Shown: positions 9,236-21,629, counted from the stretch's first letter. The stretch is 64,000 nt of DNA from Nitrospirota bacterium (GCA_963754875.1 CAVWHO010000016.1:758-64757); one strand, 5' to 3'. The notes: generated from the letters alone by a model not told the origin. Made by a program: numbers and translations.

Positions 9236-12200
9236 ATGTCCAAACCCTTACACATACTGATCGTCGAGGATTCCGAGGACGACTGCCCTCCTGCTCCTCC
9301 GGGAGCTGCGGCGCGGCGGCTACGAACCGGTATACGAACGCGTCGAGACGCCCGAAGCCATGCAGAACGCGCTGGCGCGAAAGCAGTGGGACATCGTCAT
9401 TTCCGACTATCTCATGCCGCATTTCAGCGGTATTGCTGCCCTGGAACTCCTGAAGAACAGCGGACTCGACCTGCCGTTCATCATCGTCTCGGGCAATATC
9501 GGCGAGGACATCGCCGTGGAGGCCATGAGGGCCGGCGCCCACGACTATATCATCAAGGGCAGCCTTGCCCGGCTCATCCCTGCCGTGGAGCGGGAACTGC
9601 GCGAGGCGGAAGTGCGGCGCGACCGCAAACAGACCGAAGACCAGCTCGATCAATCGCGCCGGCGACTGGTGGAGACGCTCGAAACCATCAATGAAGGTTT
9701 TTTCACGCTCGACAGCGACTGGCGGTTCACCTATGTGAACACCAAGGCAGCCGAGATGTGGGGGAGAAGACAGGGGGGACCTGATCGGCGCGACCTTGTG
9801 GGACATCGTGCCGAAGGCAATGGGCTCCATGTTCGAGGAACAGTACCGAAAGGCCATGAAAGAACGGGTGCCCGTGCAGTTCGAAGCAATGTCGCCTCTG
9901 CTCGACGTCTGGGTCGAGGTGCGCGCCCATCCGAACGAGGACGGCATTGCCGTCTATTTCCACGACATCACGGACCGCAAAAAGGCGGAGGAGGACATCT
10001 CCCGCCTGAACCGGCTCTATTCCGTTCTCAGCAAGGTCAACGAAACGATCATCAGGATCAATGACACCGAGCAGCTGTACCAGGAGGTCTGCCGCATAGC
10101 GGTCGAAGACGGAGGATTTAAAATGGCCTGGATCGGCCTGACCGACCCCGCAACGAACGGATCGTCCCCGTCGAAAGCTACGGGGACGAGGGCGGATACC
10201 TGATGAAATCTTCCGTCGTTGCTGCCGACGTCCCGGAAGGCCGCGGCCCCACGGGCAGGGCCGTTTTCGAGGGGAAATACCTGATCTGCGACGACATCGA
10301 GCACGACCCCATGATGCGTCCCTGGCGCGACAAGGCGCTGTGCCAGGGCTTCCGCACGTCGGCCGCCTTCCCGCTCCGCTCCGGCTCCGACAGGTCATCG
10401 GCGCTTTCACCGTGTACGGGGACCATCCCCGGTCCTTCACGAAGGAGGAGATTGGGCTTCTCTCCTCCCTCGCCGACGACGTCTCCTATGCAGTCGACTC
10501 CCTGTCCAATGAACAGCTGCGGAAAGAGGCTGAAAAGAGAACAGAGGTCACCAATGCGCTGCTCAAGCTTTTTACGCAGAAATACTCGCGCAAGGAATAC
10601 CTGGATGCTGCTTGCGGACTTATCCGCGAATGGAGCGGCATTCACCACGTGGGCATCCGGCTTGCCAACCCGGACAACCAGATCCCGTTCGAGTCCTGCG
10701 AAGGATACGATAGCGCGTTCCTGAATGAAGAAAATAATCTGTCGGTCGAGAAGGACCATTGCATCTGTACGCGGATCATTGCGGGGACGCCGGAACCTCC
10801 GGACCTCGCCGCTATGACGCCGAACGGTTCGTTCTTCTCCGGCAACACGACGAGGTTCATCGATGATCTGACTGATGAAGAACGGGCGCGGTACCGCGGC
10901 GTTTGCATGCGTTACGGTTACAAGTCGCTCGCCGTCATCCCCATACGCTACCGTGAAAAACCCGTCGGCGCAATCCATCTTGCCGATGAACGGGACGGCA
11001 TGTTACAAAAAATACCGTCGTGTTCCTCGAGCAGCTGGCATACATCATCGGCGAGGCGGTCTTCCGGTTCGGCATGGAGGACGATTTGCGCAGAAACTTC
11101 GATGCCCTGCAGAGGACGTCGGAACTTCTTGAACGGTTTTTCTCCACGACCCATATGCTCGTCGCATACATAGACCAGGATTTCAACTTCATTCGCGTGA
11201 ACCGGGCCTATGCTGAGGCGGGTTACAGCGCGCCGGATTTTTACGTCGGGAAAAACCATTTTAACCTCTATCCCAATGAGGAGTACGAGGCGCTATTCCG
11301 AAAGATCGTGGAAACGGGCGAGCCCTACCTGGCCTATGAGAAGCCGTTCATGTTCACCTCCCGGCCCGAGCTGGAGGTTGCCTACTGGGACTGGAACGTG
11401 TTGCCGGTCAAGGAAGCCGACGGCCGGGTAAGCGGGCTCATCTTCACCCTCATCAATGTCACCGCACGCAAACGCGCAGAGGACGAACTGCGGCAATCCC
11501 TCGCCTACAACCGGAGCCTGATCGAGGCCAGCCTCGACCCGTTGGTCACCATCGGCCCCAACGGACAGATCACCGACGCGAACGCCGCTGCCGAAATGGC
11601 GACCGGCCATCTGCGGGATGAGCTCATCGGCACCGATTTCTCCGAATATTTCACCGAGCCCGCCAAGGCACGCGCCGTCTATCAGCAGGTGTTCCGCGAG
11701 GGCAAGGTCATGGATTATGCGCTCGAAATGCGCCACCGCACCGGCCGGGTGACGCCGGTCCTGTACAACGCCTCCGCCTATCGCGACGATGCCGGAAAGA
11801 TGATCGGCATCTTTGCCGCGGCCCGCGACATCACCGCACTCAAAGACGCCGAACGCCGCACCTCGGCCACGAACAGCCTGCTGCAGCTGTACACGCGAAC
11901 CTACTCCCGCAAGAACTATCTGGATGAGGCCGCTGAGATCATTCGCTCCTGGTGCGGCTGTCGCAATGTGGGCATACGGGTAACGGACCAGGATGAGCGC
12001 GTTCCCTTTGTGACCTGCGCCGGATTCGACAACTCCTTCATAGAATCAGAGAGCACGCTGTCCCTTGCCGTCGACCAATGCGCGTGCACGCGGGTCGTGT
12101 CGGGAATACTGGCCCCGGAAGACGCCAGTGCGATGACGGCGCAGGGTTCACTCTTCTACAACAATGCCGTGACGTTCCTGGACAATCTTCCCAGTGCGCA

Positions 12201-13470
12201 AAAAAAGCGGTTTAGGGGCACCTGTCAGCAAAGGGGGTTCAACTCGATCGTCGTGGTCCCCATCCGCTACCGGGACAAGACGCTCGGCGCCCTCCATCTC
12301 GCCGACGAACGGGAGGGGATGTTCCCCCTGAAGACCGTCGAGTCCCTGGAGGGGATGGCACTCATCATCGGGGAGGCTCTCTACCGGTTCAGCATAGAAG
12401 AACAGCAGGTTCGCCTTGCCTCAGCCGTAGAATCCACGGCTGAAGCAGTCGTCATCACCGAGCCCGCTGCAGGAAAAATTCAGTATGTAAACGCTGCTTT
12501 CGAGCAAATTACGGGGTATTCTAAAGAAGAAGTCTTGGGTAATACGCTCCATTTCATGGACAGCGGAAGGCAGGCTGGCGAGTTTTACCAGGAACTCAGG
12601 GAAACAATCAGGCGTAAAGGCGTCTGGCGGGGGCTCCTGGTCAACAAAAAAAAGGACGGTACCCAGTACTATGAAGACTGCACGATTTCTCCGGTCTGGG
12701 GGCCGTCGGGAGAGCTTTTAAATTTTGTGTCCCTCAAACGGGACGTTACGGAAAAACTGCGGCTCGAGTCCATTGCCGAGTCGGTCAGCACCATGGACAG
12801 CATCGGCTACATTTTCTCGGGCGTGCGGCATGAGATCGGCAATCCCATCAATTCCATCAACATGATCCTCGGCCTTATGAAGGCAAAATTGTCTACGCTG
12901 TCTCAGGAAGCCATCGTCGATTATCTCGACCGGATATTCGGACAGATCGGCCGGGTCGAATTTTTGCTGAGGTCACTCAAAACCTTTAACATGTACGAGA
13001 CCCAGGAGCCGCAGGACCTGAGCATCCCGGCGTTCATGGAGCAATTCCTGCCGCTCGTCAGGGAAGATTTCACGAAAAAAGGAATTGACCTCGATCTGAA
13101 GCTGGATCCCGCTGCTGAACGGATCTGCGCCGACCCCCGGGCGCTTCAGCAGGTCCTGTTGAACATCCTGACAAATGCCTCCGACGCCGTCAGCGAAAAG
13201 GAACATCCGAAGATCGAGCTGCGCATCCTCAAATCGGGCCGTATGATCCACATCCAGGCAGAGGACAACGGTTCCGGGATCCCCGAAGACAAGATGAAAG
13301 ACTTGTTCAAACCTTTTTACACGACCAAGGCCAAAGGCACCGGACTCGGGCTCGTGATCGTCAAAAAAATGCTGACAAAAATGAAAGGGACGATCGAGGT
13401 GGAAAGCCGCAGGGGCGAGGGTACCCTGGTTACCATATCGCTTCCGGAGGGAAAGCATGAGCAACGGTAA
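9236..13470 (+). CDS. hybrid sensor kinase REC-PAS-GAF-GAF-PAS-PAS-GAF-PAS-HisKA-HATPase (about 1400 aa, several frameshifts in the 5' half)
   Basis: Consecutive ORF pieces 9236, 9360, 9796, 10203, 10340 and 11020 give a continuous domain string; H-box GVRHEIGNPIN; DNGSGI, GTGLGL. Confidence 0.85.
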
Positions 13471-14815
13471 TGTGAAAAAGACGTTTCTCGTCATCGATGA
13501 CGACAGAGTGTTCGCAAATGCCGTCAGGGACTACTTGGCGAGTGAGGCCGTCGAAGTCCTCGTTGCCAATACGGCCATGGATGGCCTCGCTTTCTGCCAC
13601 CAGAAAAAGATCGATGTCGTCCTCCTCGATCAACAGCTCCCCGATGGAGAAGGCCATACACTCTGTTCCTCCATCCTGAAATGCAACGACCAGACAAAGA
13701 TCATCTTCTCGACCGCGTTCCCGAGTTTCGAAAACGCCGTGAAGGCGATCCGGTCCGGCGCATCCGATTACCTGTCGAAGCCCTACGACCTGGAAGAGCT
13801 GGGCCTCGCTGTCCGGCAGGCGTTCCGCACGCTGGAGCTGGAAAACGTGGAACAGATCCAGGATTATCAGCGCACCCGGGAGAGCGAAGAAACCGTCGTC
13901 ATCGGCGGCGAGGGCCTTTCCGAAACCCTGAAGCTTGTGGATCTCGCGGCTACCACCGATTCGCCGGTGCTCATTACCGGAGAGACCGGCACGGGCAAGA
14001 CCCTTGCTGCCAAAGCGATCCATTACCGCGGCCGTACCCGTAAAGCCCCGTTTATCAGCATCAACTGCGCGTCCCTGCCGGAAAGCCTCATTGAAGCGGA
14101 GTTGTTCGGGTATGAGAAGGGCGCCTTTACCGGCGCCGTTTCCGCCCGCAAGGGACTGTTCGAAATGGCCGAAAACGGGACCCTGTTTCTTGACGAGATC
14201 GGTGAAATGCCCATGCATTTGCAGGCCAAACTCCTTTCCGCCATCGACGAGAAAAAACTGAGACGGCTTGGCAGCGAATCTATCCGGCCGGTCAGCGTCC
14301 GTATCATTGCGGCAACGGGCGTTAAACTCGAAGATTTTCTGGGCAAGACCTTTCGGAAAGACCTCTATTACCGCTTGAGCGTCGTCCGGATACATATCCC
14401 TCCGCTCCGGGAACGCCGCTCCGATATCCCCGGTCTCTGCAAACACCTGCTCAAAGCGCTTACAGACGGCCATGAGGTCGTGTTATCGGAAAGGGAGATC
14501 GCAAATCTCTGTAGCTATGACTGGCCCGGAAATGTTCGTGAATTGAAAAATATTCTCGAACGGGCGTACCTGCTCCAGCGAGGCAGCGAGTTCAGGCCCT
14601 CGGAGCTGCTGGGCCAGGCGCCGAAAGCGACGCTGGCCGAAGCTGCCAGCAGCGGGAGCACTGATGCGGAGGCCCCCATTCTGCCGCTTGAAGAAGTAGA
14701 GATGAACCATATTCAATATGTGCTCGGACGATGCGGCGGCAATTATACGCAGACTGCGAAAGCACTCGGCATATCCTTGTCAACGCTCAAAAGAAAACTG
14801 AAAGCTCCGGGATGA
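13457..14815 (+). CDS. sigma54-dependent response regulator (NtrC family: REC-AAA+-Fis HTH)
   Basis: GETGTGKT, GAFTGA, LFLDEIGE, WPGNVREL, C-terminal HTH. Confidence 0.95.
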   Translation: MSNGNVKKTFLVIDDDRVFANAVRDYLASEAVEVLVANTAMDGLAFCHQKKIDVVLLDQQLPDGEGHTLCSSILKCNDQTKIIFSTAFPSFENAVKAIRSGASDYLSKPYDLEELGLAVRQAFRTLELENVEQIQDYQRTRESEETVVIGGEGLSETLKLVDLAATTDSPVLITGETGTGKTLAAKAIHYRGRTRKAPFISINCASLPESLIEAELFGYEKGAFTGAVSARKGLFEMAENGTLFLDEIGEMPMHLQAKLLSAIDEKKLRRLGSESIRPVSVRIIAATGVKLEDFLGKTFRKDLYYRLSVVRIHIPPLRERRSDIPGLCKHLLKALTDGHEVVLSEREIANLCSYDWPGNVRELKNILERAYLLQRGSEFRPSELLGQAPKATLAEAASSGSTDAEAPILPLEEVEMNHIQYVLGRCGGNYTQTAKALGISLSTLKRKLKAPG

Positions 14816-14985
14816 AATGTGTCAATCTCGATGAACTCGGAAAAAATCGAAGGAAACGGTCTCTCTGGCGTCACCCCGGTTCGTCCGACTCTTATCATCA
14901 CAACGTCGCAGGTGTTTTTTCGTGAGTTATCCGCCTCCATTGATCCTGCATTCGCTAGTCGGCGCACTCTTGCTTCCTTTCGCAA

Positions 14986-15050
14986 GTCAAAATAACCTCC
15001 CCCTCAAAATAAACCGTTCAAAATGACCCGATTAGGGCTAATATAGTCCC
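14986..15050 (+). promoter_or_regulatory. candidate upstream activator sites for the sigma54 activator
   Basis: Repeated GTCAAAATAACC / TCAAAATAAACC / GTTCAAAATGACCC / GGGCTAATATAGTCCC, 45-110 bp upstream of a -24/-12 box. Confidence 0.5.
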
Positions 15051-15092
15051 ATTTCGCCCTCCTATCCCCTTGATTCTTCACGCTTAGATATT

Positions 15093-15109
15093 CTGGCATT
15101 GGCCTTGCT
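15093..15109 (+). promoter_or_regulatory. sigma54 -24/-12 promoter
   Basis: CTGGCATTGGCCTTGCT has GG-N10-GC and matches TGGCAC-N5-TTGCW. Confidence 0.8.
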
Positions 15110-15126
15110 TTTACAAATGTACCGAT

Positions 15127-15594
15127 GTGGCAAATCATTACCCTAAGGTTTCACCCATGACTGTCAGCTACATGTCTAAGATGACCGGCAAAAAAACGAA
15201 AACTGTACTTGTCGTAGACGACGAGCAGGAAAACCTCCGTTCCTATGAGGAAATCCTTCACGACATGGGCTATCAAGTCCTACTGCAGCCGGACGGGGTC
15301 TCTGCTTTGGCGTTTCTTCGCGAAGATGTCGCAGTAGATCTGATCATTACGGATTTCCGGATGCCGGGCATGAACGGCATCGAATTCATCACGGATTTGC
15401 GACAATCGCGGCCTTTTGTGCCGGTGGTCATGATCACTGCATATGGAAACATCGAGACCTATCTGCATTCAGTCAGTCTTGGCGTGTTCGAGTATGTGCA
15501 CAAGCCAGTAAAAAAAGAAGAATTCGAACGCATCGTCAAACATGCTCTGCATGATGCTGGCCCGGAAAGCGCGGCCGATGAGGCGGGGCTATGA
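15127..15594 (+). CDS. single-domain response regulator (true start may be 15157-15181)
   Basis: [30 protein letters not shown]. Confidence 0.9.
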   Translation: MANHYPKVSPMTVSYMSKMTGKKTKTVLVVDDEQENLRSYEEILHDMGYQVLLQPDGVSALAFLREDVAVDLIITDFRMPGMNGIEFITDLRQSRPFVPVVMITAYGNIETYLHSVSLGVFEYVHKPVKKEEFERIVKHALHDAGPESAADEAGL

Positions 15595-15721
15595 ACAACA
15601 TCCTGCAGACAGCCTACTTAACACGAGGGGGAAGAAAAATGACGCAGAGGAAGCTTTCACAAGAAGTGCGAGAGTACACAAGCACAGAGCAAACACAACA
15701 CTTTTTTCCGAGGAGGCTGTC

Positions 15722-16693
15722 ATGAGCCCATGGGACCAGATGGTGGAAGAATTTCCTGGCATTGATACCCGGGACGAGGAACGCGAAGAAGCTCACGGTG
15801 ACGCTTCACTTCACGGGCATGAAGACCATGCCGCTGAAGCGGCCCGGGATGCTGCACAGGACAAAGGGCTTGACGTCATCAAGTTTTACTTTAAAGAGAT
15901 CAGAAAATTGCCGCTCTTGAACTTCGAGCAGGAGCAGGCGCTCGCCAAGCGCATCGAAAAAGGAGACGAGGAGGCCCGCGCCCGGATGATCGAGGCCAAT
16001 CTGCGCCTCGTAGTTGCGATCGGCAAGAAATACATCAACCGGGGGCTGCCGTTTTCCGACATCCTCGAAGAGGGAAACATCGGCCTGATCAGAGCAGTTG
16101 AAAAATTCGATTACAAGAGGGGCTTTAAGTTCAGCACCTACGCGTCATGGTGGATCAGACAGTCTGTCGAACGGGCGATCGCGAACCAGGTGAGGATCAT
16201 CCGCCTGCCGGTCCATGTTGCGGAGATTGCCAATGCCTATATGCGCACCGTGCGCAAGCTGACCCAAGAGCTCGGCCGCGAACCGGCGGCAGAAGAGGTC
16301 GCTAAAAAAATGAAGGTCAGCGTCCAGCGGGTGCGCGCGCTCGCCCAAACGTCACGGGACACCTATTCTCTCGACATGCTCATCAGCGATGAAGGCGACG
16401 ATACCCTGAAGGACGTCTTGCGCGACACGAACACTCCCTCCCCCGCAGCGGCCGTCAATGAACAGGGCAGACGCAAGTATCTCAACGAAGTTATTGCAGA
16501 GCTGCCGGACACCGAGCAGAACGTCCTCCGGATGCGGTACGGCTTGAGCTCGGAAACGCCCCGAACGCTGGACAGCATCGGAAAACAGTTCGGGATCACC
16601 CGGGAACGCGTCCGGCAGATCGAAAAACAGGCGATCGGGAAGCTCCGGAGCTTGACCCGGAGCAGGGACATGGAGCTGGTCGACATGCTGTAA
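15722..16693 (+). CDS. RpoS-like group 2 sigma70 factor
   Basis: SD gaggagg before ATG 15722; region 1.2; [50 protein letters not shown]; no region 1.1. Confidence 0.9.
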   Translation: MSPWDQMVEEFPGIDTRDEEREEAHGDASLHGHEDHAAEAARDAAQDKGLDVIKFYFKEIRKLPLLNFEQEQALAKRIEKGDEEARARMIEANLRLVVAIGKKYINRGLPFSDILEEGNIGLIRAVEKFDYKRGFKFSTYASWWIRQSVERAIANQVRIIRLPVHVAEIANAYMRTVRKLTQELGREPAAEEVAKKMKVSVQRVRALAQTSRDTYSLDMLISDEGDDTLKDVLRDTNTPSPAAAVNEQGRRKYLNEVIAELPDTEQNVLRMRYGLSSETPRTLDSIGKQFGITRERVRQIEKQAIGKLRSLTRSRDMELVDML

Positions 16694-16757
16694 CGGCCTG
16701 GCGAAGGGACCAAACAGAGTACCGGAGCCGAGGTTGATGGAGAAAGCGGGAGACCTC

Positions 16758-17180
16758 ATGACAAACCTCTGTGCGACAACCGGGGAAGGAGTTGCAGTCG
16801 ACTGTGACGCAGACGTAAAAAGCGTGCTGCTCGTAGATGACGATCAGCCATTCCTCTTCAGCCTGTTAAGGCGGGTGAAGAATATGAATGGCGGCTTGAA
16901 CGTATATACTGCCGCAAACGGCATACAGGCCAGGGCCATTCTCAACACCGTACCCATAGACCTGGTGATATCGGACGTGACCATGCCCGTGATGGACGGT
17001 TTGGAACTTGCGCACTGGCTTGCCGAAGCGAGGCCGCAGGTCCCGGCAATCCTGATGGGTTCCCGTGCCGAGCCGGAAACAATTGCCGCCATTACGGGCA
17101 AGGGGTTTACTTTCCTGCAGAAACCGCTGGATGTCCGGGACCTGGCCCGCGTGATGCAGCTGTTGTTCAATGGAAGATAG
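16758..17180 (+). CDS. single-domain response regulator
   Basis: VLLVDDD, VISDVTMPVMDG, FLQKP. Confidence 0.85.
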   Translation: MTNLCATTGEGVAVDCDADVKSVLLVDDDQPFLFSLLRRVKNMNGGLNVYTAANGIQARAILNTVPIDLVISDVTMPVMDGLELAHWLAEARPQVPAILMGSRAEPETIAAITGKGFTFLQKPLDVRDLARVMQLLFNGR

Positions 17181-17348
17181 GTGCGGACGCGAAATAATTT
17201 TTTTCGTGCACCTCCTCTGCTTAAAGAGATACATCGATTACAAACCAACCGGCGGAACACGTTCTTGCCCTGTAACGTATCACATACTCGCAGTCCCCAA
17301 CAACGAGGGTGCGTATGCACAAGCATCGCATCCATCGTTCTCTCCTCC

Positions 17349-17397
17349 CTTCCTCCATTTGCTCTTTCGAGAGCGGATGGGGGAAGTTCCTTTTTTT
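17349..17397 (+). terminator. long intrinsic terminator hairpin
   Basis: 17-bp stem (3 G-U) cttcctccatttgctct-TTCG-agagcggatgggggaag followed by ttcc and T7. Confidence 0.75.
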
Positions 17398-17733
17398 GCG
17401 CATTTACGAAGCGGCGCAATTTCGGGGCCTGTTCGTATTTTTCTCCAATGCTTGCACAGCCCTTTTGTGGACACTTTAATCCACTCAAGCCGCCACGCTT
17501 CACCGCCTGCCACTCTTGTTTCCGCATACAGAAGTAGCAAGCGTTCCAGAATGCAGCGTGACATGGGCGGTTTGCAACTTCATCATGCTATAATTGAATA
17601 AACCGAGAAGTGGCAATTGTTCGTGTAAATTCGCAACCTTGCTGCCGTGTTTTAAACTTTTGCGTTCTTGCGTGAACCGCTTTCAGGTTCCGGTTTTTCA
17701 GGAAGAGGATACAGGGAAAGGGGGAGACGAGCG

Positions 17734-17982
17734 ATGGTTACTGCATACGCACTTATAGAAGTACCCGCAAAACGTTCGGAGGCGGTTGTACAATATCTGC
17801 ATACCTACCCCGAGATCAAGGAGGCGGCCGCCGTCTATGGCGATATCGATGTGGTTGCCAAAGTCCAGGCGGCCTCTCAGGACGACCTTGACCGGGTGAT
17901 CATGGACGTCATCCAGGGTAACCCTGACGTCAAGGCAACTCGGACCTTGGTCGTGATAGAAAAAATACACTGGACGAGATAA
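17734..17982 (+). CDS. Lrp/AsnC ligand-binding (RAM) domain-only protein
   Basis: MVTAYALIEV...VYGDIDVVAKV...VKATRTLVV, 82 aa, no HTH; SD ggggag. Confidence 0.85.
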   Translation: MVTAYALIEVPAKRSEAVVQYLHTYPEIKEAAAVYGDIDVVAKVQAASQDDLDRVIMDVIQGNPDVKATRTLVVIEKIHWTR

Positions 17983-18251
17983 CCGTCCTCCATGAGCATA
18001 CCCGCCCTTTCTGGCAGAGGGTGTGTGAGAGGCCGGAAGAAGGGACAGAGGGGGCCTCAACACCGGGACCTCCTCCTACCAAAGCTTTTTCTATACAAAT
18101 ACAAACGAAATAGTAGTCGGCAAAGCCCCCTCACGTCCTGCTCCTCCTTATGGTCGCGCTCCGGCAACCAGCACGCCATGAAAATGCGGGGGGCAAAACC
18201 CGATCCTCTCCGCCGGGGGCGAGAGGGCTTTGCGTTTCTGTACCCGGATAG

Positions 18252-18455
18252 TTATATCTTTACAACATGCGCTGCCTTGGGGCCTTTGGGGCTGTCGACA
18301 ATTTCAAACGTTACTTCCTCGCCTTCGGCCAGGGTCTTGTAGCCTTCACCCTCGATTTCGCTGAAATGCACGAAGACGTCTCCGCCGTCTTCCTTTTCGA
18401 TGAACCCGAAACCCTTGGACTCATTGAACCATTTCACTTTACCTTTTGATGCCAT
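18252..18455 (-). CDS. cspA: cold-shock protein
   Basis: [23 protein letters not shown]; SD ggaggg. Confidence 0.95.
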   Translation of the reverse strand: MASKGKVKWFNESKGFGFIEKEDGGDVFVHFSEIEGEGYKTLAEGEEVTFEIVDSPKGPKAAHVVKI

Positions 18456-18654
18456 CTGGACTCCCTCCTTTCCGCTCGAGCCTTCGAAAGTACGGAAGGT
18501 CAAAAACAAAAAAGCCGCGAAGCTGAGAGTCTCGCGGCATTTCGTACTGCAAAAACTTCCGAACTTCTATACTGATATTGTCTCTCGCTGTTTTCCCGAT
18601 GTCAAGAGGCAAGTTGAATGGCGGCATTCCTGTTTCTTTGGGGCTGCAAAGCCC

Positions 18655-18683
18655 TTACTTCTGCGACGATGTTCTGATATAAT
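18655..18683 (+). promoter_or_regulatory. candidate sigma70 promoter of pepN
   Basis: TTACTT-N17-TATAAT with extended -10 TG. Confidence 0.55.
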
Positions 18684-18799
18684 GAAAACATCCGCGTTAT
18701 TCGATGCATGAGATTCGTCCCGCAGCGGCAGACAGTAAATAGTTTTTCAACAGCCCTTTTCGGGCCGATCAATCTACGAGAGCACAAGGTGACTATTCT

Positions 18800-21460
18800 A
18801 TGACGGAACCCAGAAGCGGGGAAGCGCACAAAACCATCCATCTGAAGGACTATCGGAAGCCGGATTACCTCATCGAGACCGCGAACCTTGAATTCGACCT
18901 CGACGAGACGCAGACCCGCGTCAAGTCGCTCCTGACCGTCATTTGCAACCACGACAAACACGAAGGCATCCACCCCCTCGTTTTGAACGGCAGGGACCTT
19001 GCGCTCAAGGCAGTGAAGATCGACGGACAGGCACTGCGCGAGCAGGATTACAAGCTCGATGCCTCGTCGCTTACGATCCTGCCGGTCCCCGACCGCTTCA
19101 CCCTCGAAATCGAAACCGAGATCAATCCGCGGGACAATACAGAGCTCTCCGGTCTCTATCTCTCGGGTGGAAACTTCTGTACACAGTGCGAAGCCGAGGG
19201 TTTCCGCAAGATAACCTATTATCCAGACCGGCCCGATGTCATGGCCCGTTTCTTTACGACCGTCGTTGCCGACAAAAAGAAGTATCCCGTACTGCTTTCG
19301 AACGGCAACCTGATCTCGAGCGGCGATCTCAAAGACGGAAAACACGTCGCAAAATGGCACGACCCCTTTCCCAAGCCCGCATACCTCTTCGCCCTCGTGG
19401 CCGGCGACCTAGCCCGCATCCGGGACAGTTTCACGACCATGTCGGGGAAGAAGGTCGACCTGAGCATCTTCGTCCAGCACCACAACCAGGACAAGTGCAG
19501 CCACGCCATGGAGTCGCTCAAGCTTGCGATGAAATGGGACGAGGGGACCTACGGGCGCGAGTACGATCTCGACACGTTCATGATCGTTGCCGTGGACGAC
19601 TTCAACATGGGCGCCATGGAGAACAAGGGCCTGAACGTCTTCAACTCGAAGTACATCCTTGCGAAGCCCGAGACCGCCACGGACGCGGACTACCAGGGCA
19701 TCATGGGCGTTGTGGGACATGAATACTTCCACAACTGGTCAGGCGACCGTATCACGTGCCGCGACTGGTTCCAGCTCTCGCTCAAGGAGGGCTTCACGGT
19801 GTTCCGGGACCAGCACTTCATGGAAGACATGACCTCGCGTGGCGTGAAGCGCATCAGCGACGTGAACGTCCTCCGCACCCACCAGTTCCGCGAAGACGCA
19901 AGCCCCATGGCGCACCCGGTGCGGCCCGAGTCCTACGTAGAGATCAACAACTTCTATACCCTCACCGTTTACAACAAGGGCGCCGAGGTGATCCGGATGA
20001 TGCGGACCCTCCTTGGTCCTGAAAATTTTCGCAAAGGCACGGACCTCTATTTCTCGCGCCATGACGGGCAGGCGGTCACGACCGACGATTTCGTGAAGGC
20101 CATGGAGGACGCCACGGGCGTCGACCTCGGCCAGTTCAAGCTCTGGTATTCCCAGGCAGGAACGCCGCAACTGCGGATCACCCGGACTTATGATGAAAAG
20201 GCGAAGACTTATACGCTCGCGATCAAACAGACCTGCCCTCCCACACCGGGGCAGCCCGGGAAGAAGCCCTTTCATATCCCCGTTGCAATCGGTCTGCTCG
20301 GCGAGGACGGACAGGACCTGGAGCTGAAGATTGCAGGGACGACAGGGGGACGGGGAGCCGATGGAACAAAAGTAATCCAGTTAAGGAAGGCGGAAGAAAC
20401 CTTCGTGTTCACCGGCATTCCCCATAAACCGGTGCCCTCCGTTCTGCGCCACTTTTCAGCGCCGGTCAAGGTTGACATCGATCTCACCGACCAGGAGCGG
20501 CTGTTCCTCATGGCCAGTGACTCCGATGAGTTCAACCGATGGGACGCTGGTCAGCAGCTTGCGGTCAAGCTCATCCTTCAGTTGATCAGGGACATGCAGC
20601 AGGGCAAAAAACTCAGGCTCGATCCGCAGTTCAGCAGCGCCTTCAACAAAATTCTGGGAAGCTCCATGGATGACAAGGCCTTCCAGGCTTTTGCCCTCTC
20701 GCTTCCTGCGGAGACCTATCTTGCAGACTTCATGGACGTGATCGACCCGACGGCAATCCACGAGGCGCGCAGGTTCGTGCAGAAAACCCTTGCAACGGAG
20801 CTGCGGGACACGTTCTTTGCGGTGTATTACACGAACCAGGATTCAGGGCCGTATAAGGTGGACCAGTCCTCGGTGGGACGGAGAAGCCTGAAGAATACCT
20901 GTCTCACCTATCTCATGGAACTGGACGAGCCCGGGGTCCGGAGGCTCTGCATGGAACAGTTTCGGACAGCGGGGAACATGACCGATGTGATGGCAAGCCT
21001 CGCGAACCTGGCGAACACCGGCTGCCCGGAATGCCCTGATGCGCTTGCGGCCTTTTATGAAACGTGGAAGGACGATCCGCTCGTCATGGACAAGTGGCTT
21101 TCGATCCAGGCCCTGTCGCGACTGCCGAACACGCTCGAGACCGTAAAAGCGCTCATGAGCAATCCGGTGTTCAACATAAAGAACCCGAACAAGGTCCGCT
21201 CCCTGATCGGCGCTTTTTCCGCCAATTCCGTGCGGTTCCATGCCCCGGACGGCGAAGGATACGCCTTCCTTGCGGACCAGGTCCTGGCCCTCGATCTCAT
21301 GAACCCCCAGATCGCCGCACGCCTCGTCTCGGCTTTCACTATGTGGAAACGGTATGATAAAAAAAGGCAGGCGCTCATGAAAGCGCAGCTTGAAAGGATA
21401 ATGCACGCCCCGAAGCTGTCGAAGGACGTGCATGAGATCGTATCGAAGAGTTTGGTGTGA
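18800..21460 (+). CDS. pepN: aminopeptidase N (M1 family)
   Basis: [28 protein letters not shown]...[12 protein letters not shown]. Confidence 0.98.
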   Translation: MTEPRSGEAHKTIHLKDYRKPDYLIETANLEFDLDETQTRVKSLLTVICNHDKHEGIHPLVLNGRDLALKAVKIDGQALREQDYKLDASSLTILPVPDRFTLEIETEINPRDNTELSGLYLSGGNFCTQCEAEGFRKITYYPDRPDVMARFFTTVVADKKKYPVLLSNGNLISSGDLKDGKHVAKWHDPFPKPAYLFALVAGDLARIRDSFTTMSGKKVDLSIFVQHHNQDKCSHAMESLKLAMKWDEGTYGREYDLDTFMIVAVDDFNMGAMENKGLNVFNSKYILAKPETATDADYQGIMGVVGHEYFHNWSGDRITCRDWFQLSLKEGFTVFRDQHFMEDMTSRGVKRISDVNVLRTHQFREDASPMAHPVRPESYVEINNFYTLTVYNKGAEVIRMMRTLLGPENFRKGTDLYFSRHDGQAVTTDDFVKAMEDATGVDLGQFKLWYSQAGTPQLRITRTYDEKAKTYTLAIKQTCPPTPGQPGKKPFHIPVAIGLLGEDGQDLELKIAGTTGGRGADGTKVIQLRKAEETFVFTGIPHKPVPSVLRHFSAPVKVDIDLTDQERLFLMASDSDEFNRWDAGQQLAVKLILQLIRDMQQGKKLRLDPQFSSAFNKILGSSMDDKAFQAFALSLPAETYLADFMDVIDPTAIHEARRFVQKTLATELRDTFFAVYYTNQDSGPYKVDQSSVGRRSLKNTCLTYLMELDEPGVRRLCMEQFRTAGNMTDVMASLANLANTGCPECPDALAAFYETWKDDPLVMDKWLSIQALSRLPNTLETVKALMSNPVFNIKNPNKVRSLIGAFSANSVRFHAPDGEGYAFLADQVLALDLMNPQIAARLVSAFTMWKRYDKKRQALMKAQLERIMHAPKLSKDVHEIVSKSLV

Positions 21461-21468
21461 GAGGAACG

Positions 21469-21521
21469 GTCTCAAGTCATTAAAAGTCTCAAGTTTCAAG
21501 TCCCAGGTCTCAGGTTCGAGG
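21469..21521. repeat. heptamer tandem repeats (TCTCAAG family)
   Basis: gtctcaag...agtctcaagtttcaagtcccaggtctcagg. Confidence 0.7.
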
Positions 21522-21560
21522 TTAAGTCCGTTTTGCTGGTTCAGGGTAGGTTCGCAATTA

Positions 21561-21629
21561 CCTTTGCTGGTTCAGGATTGAAGCCTGAACCGCCCATTAA
21601 TGTTTTGGTTCAATCTTCAAGATTGAACC
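21561..21629. repeat. twin-hairpin REP-like element, copy 1
   Basis: ggttcaggattgaagcctgaacc plus ggttcaatcttcaagattgaacc; near-identical to 22262-22329. Confidence 0.85.

Noticed and set aside
15542-15721. N-terminal extension of the sigma factor
   Set aside because: Overlaps the receiver gene; a strong SD precedes ATG 15722
16844-17527. 227-aa minus-strand ORF or type I toxin
   Set aside because: Antisense to a receiver gene, no hydrophobic toxin-like peptide and no recognisable motif
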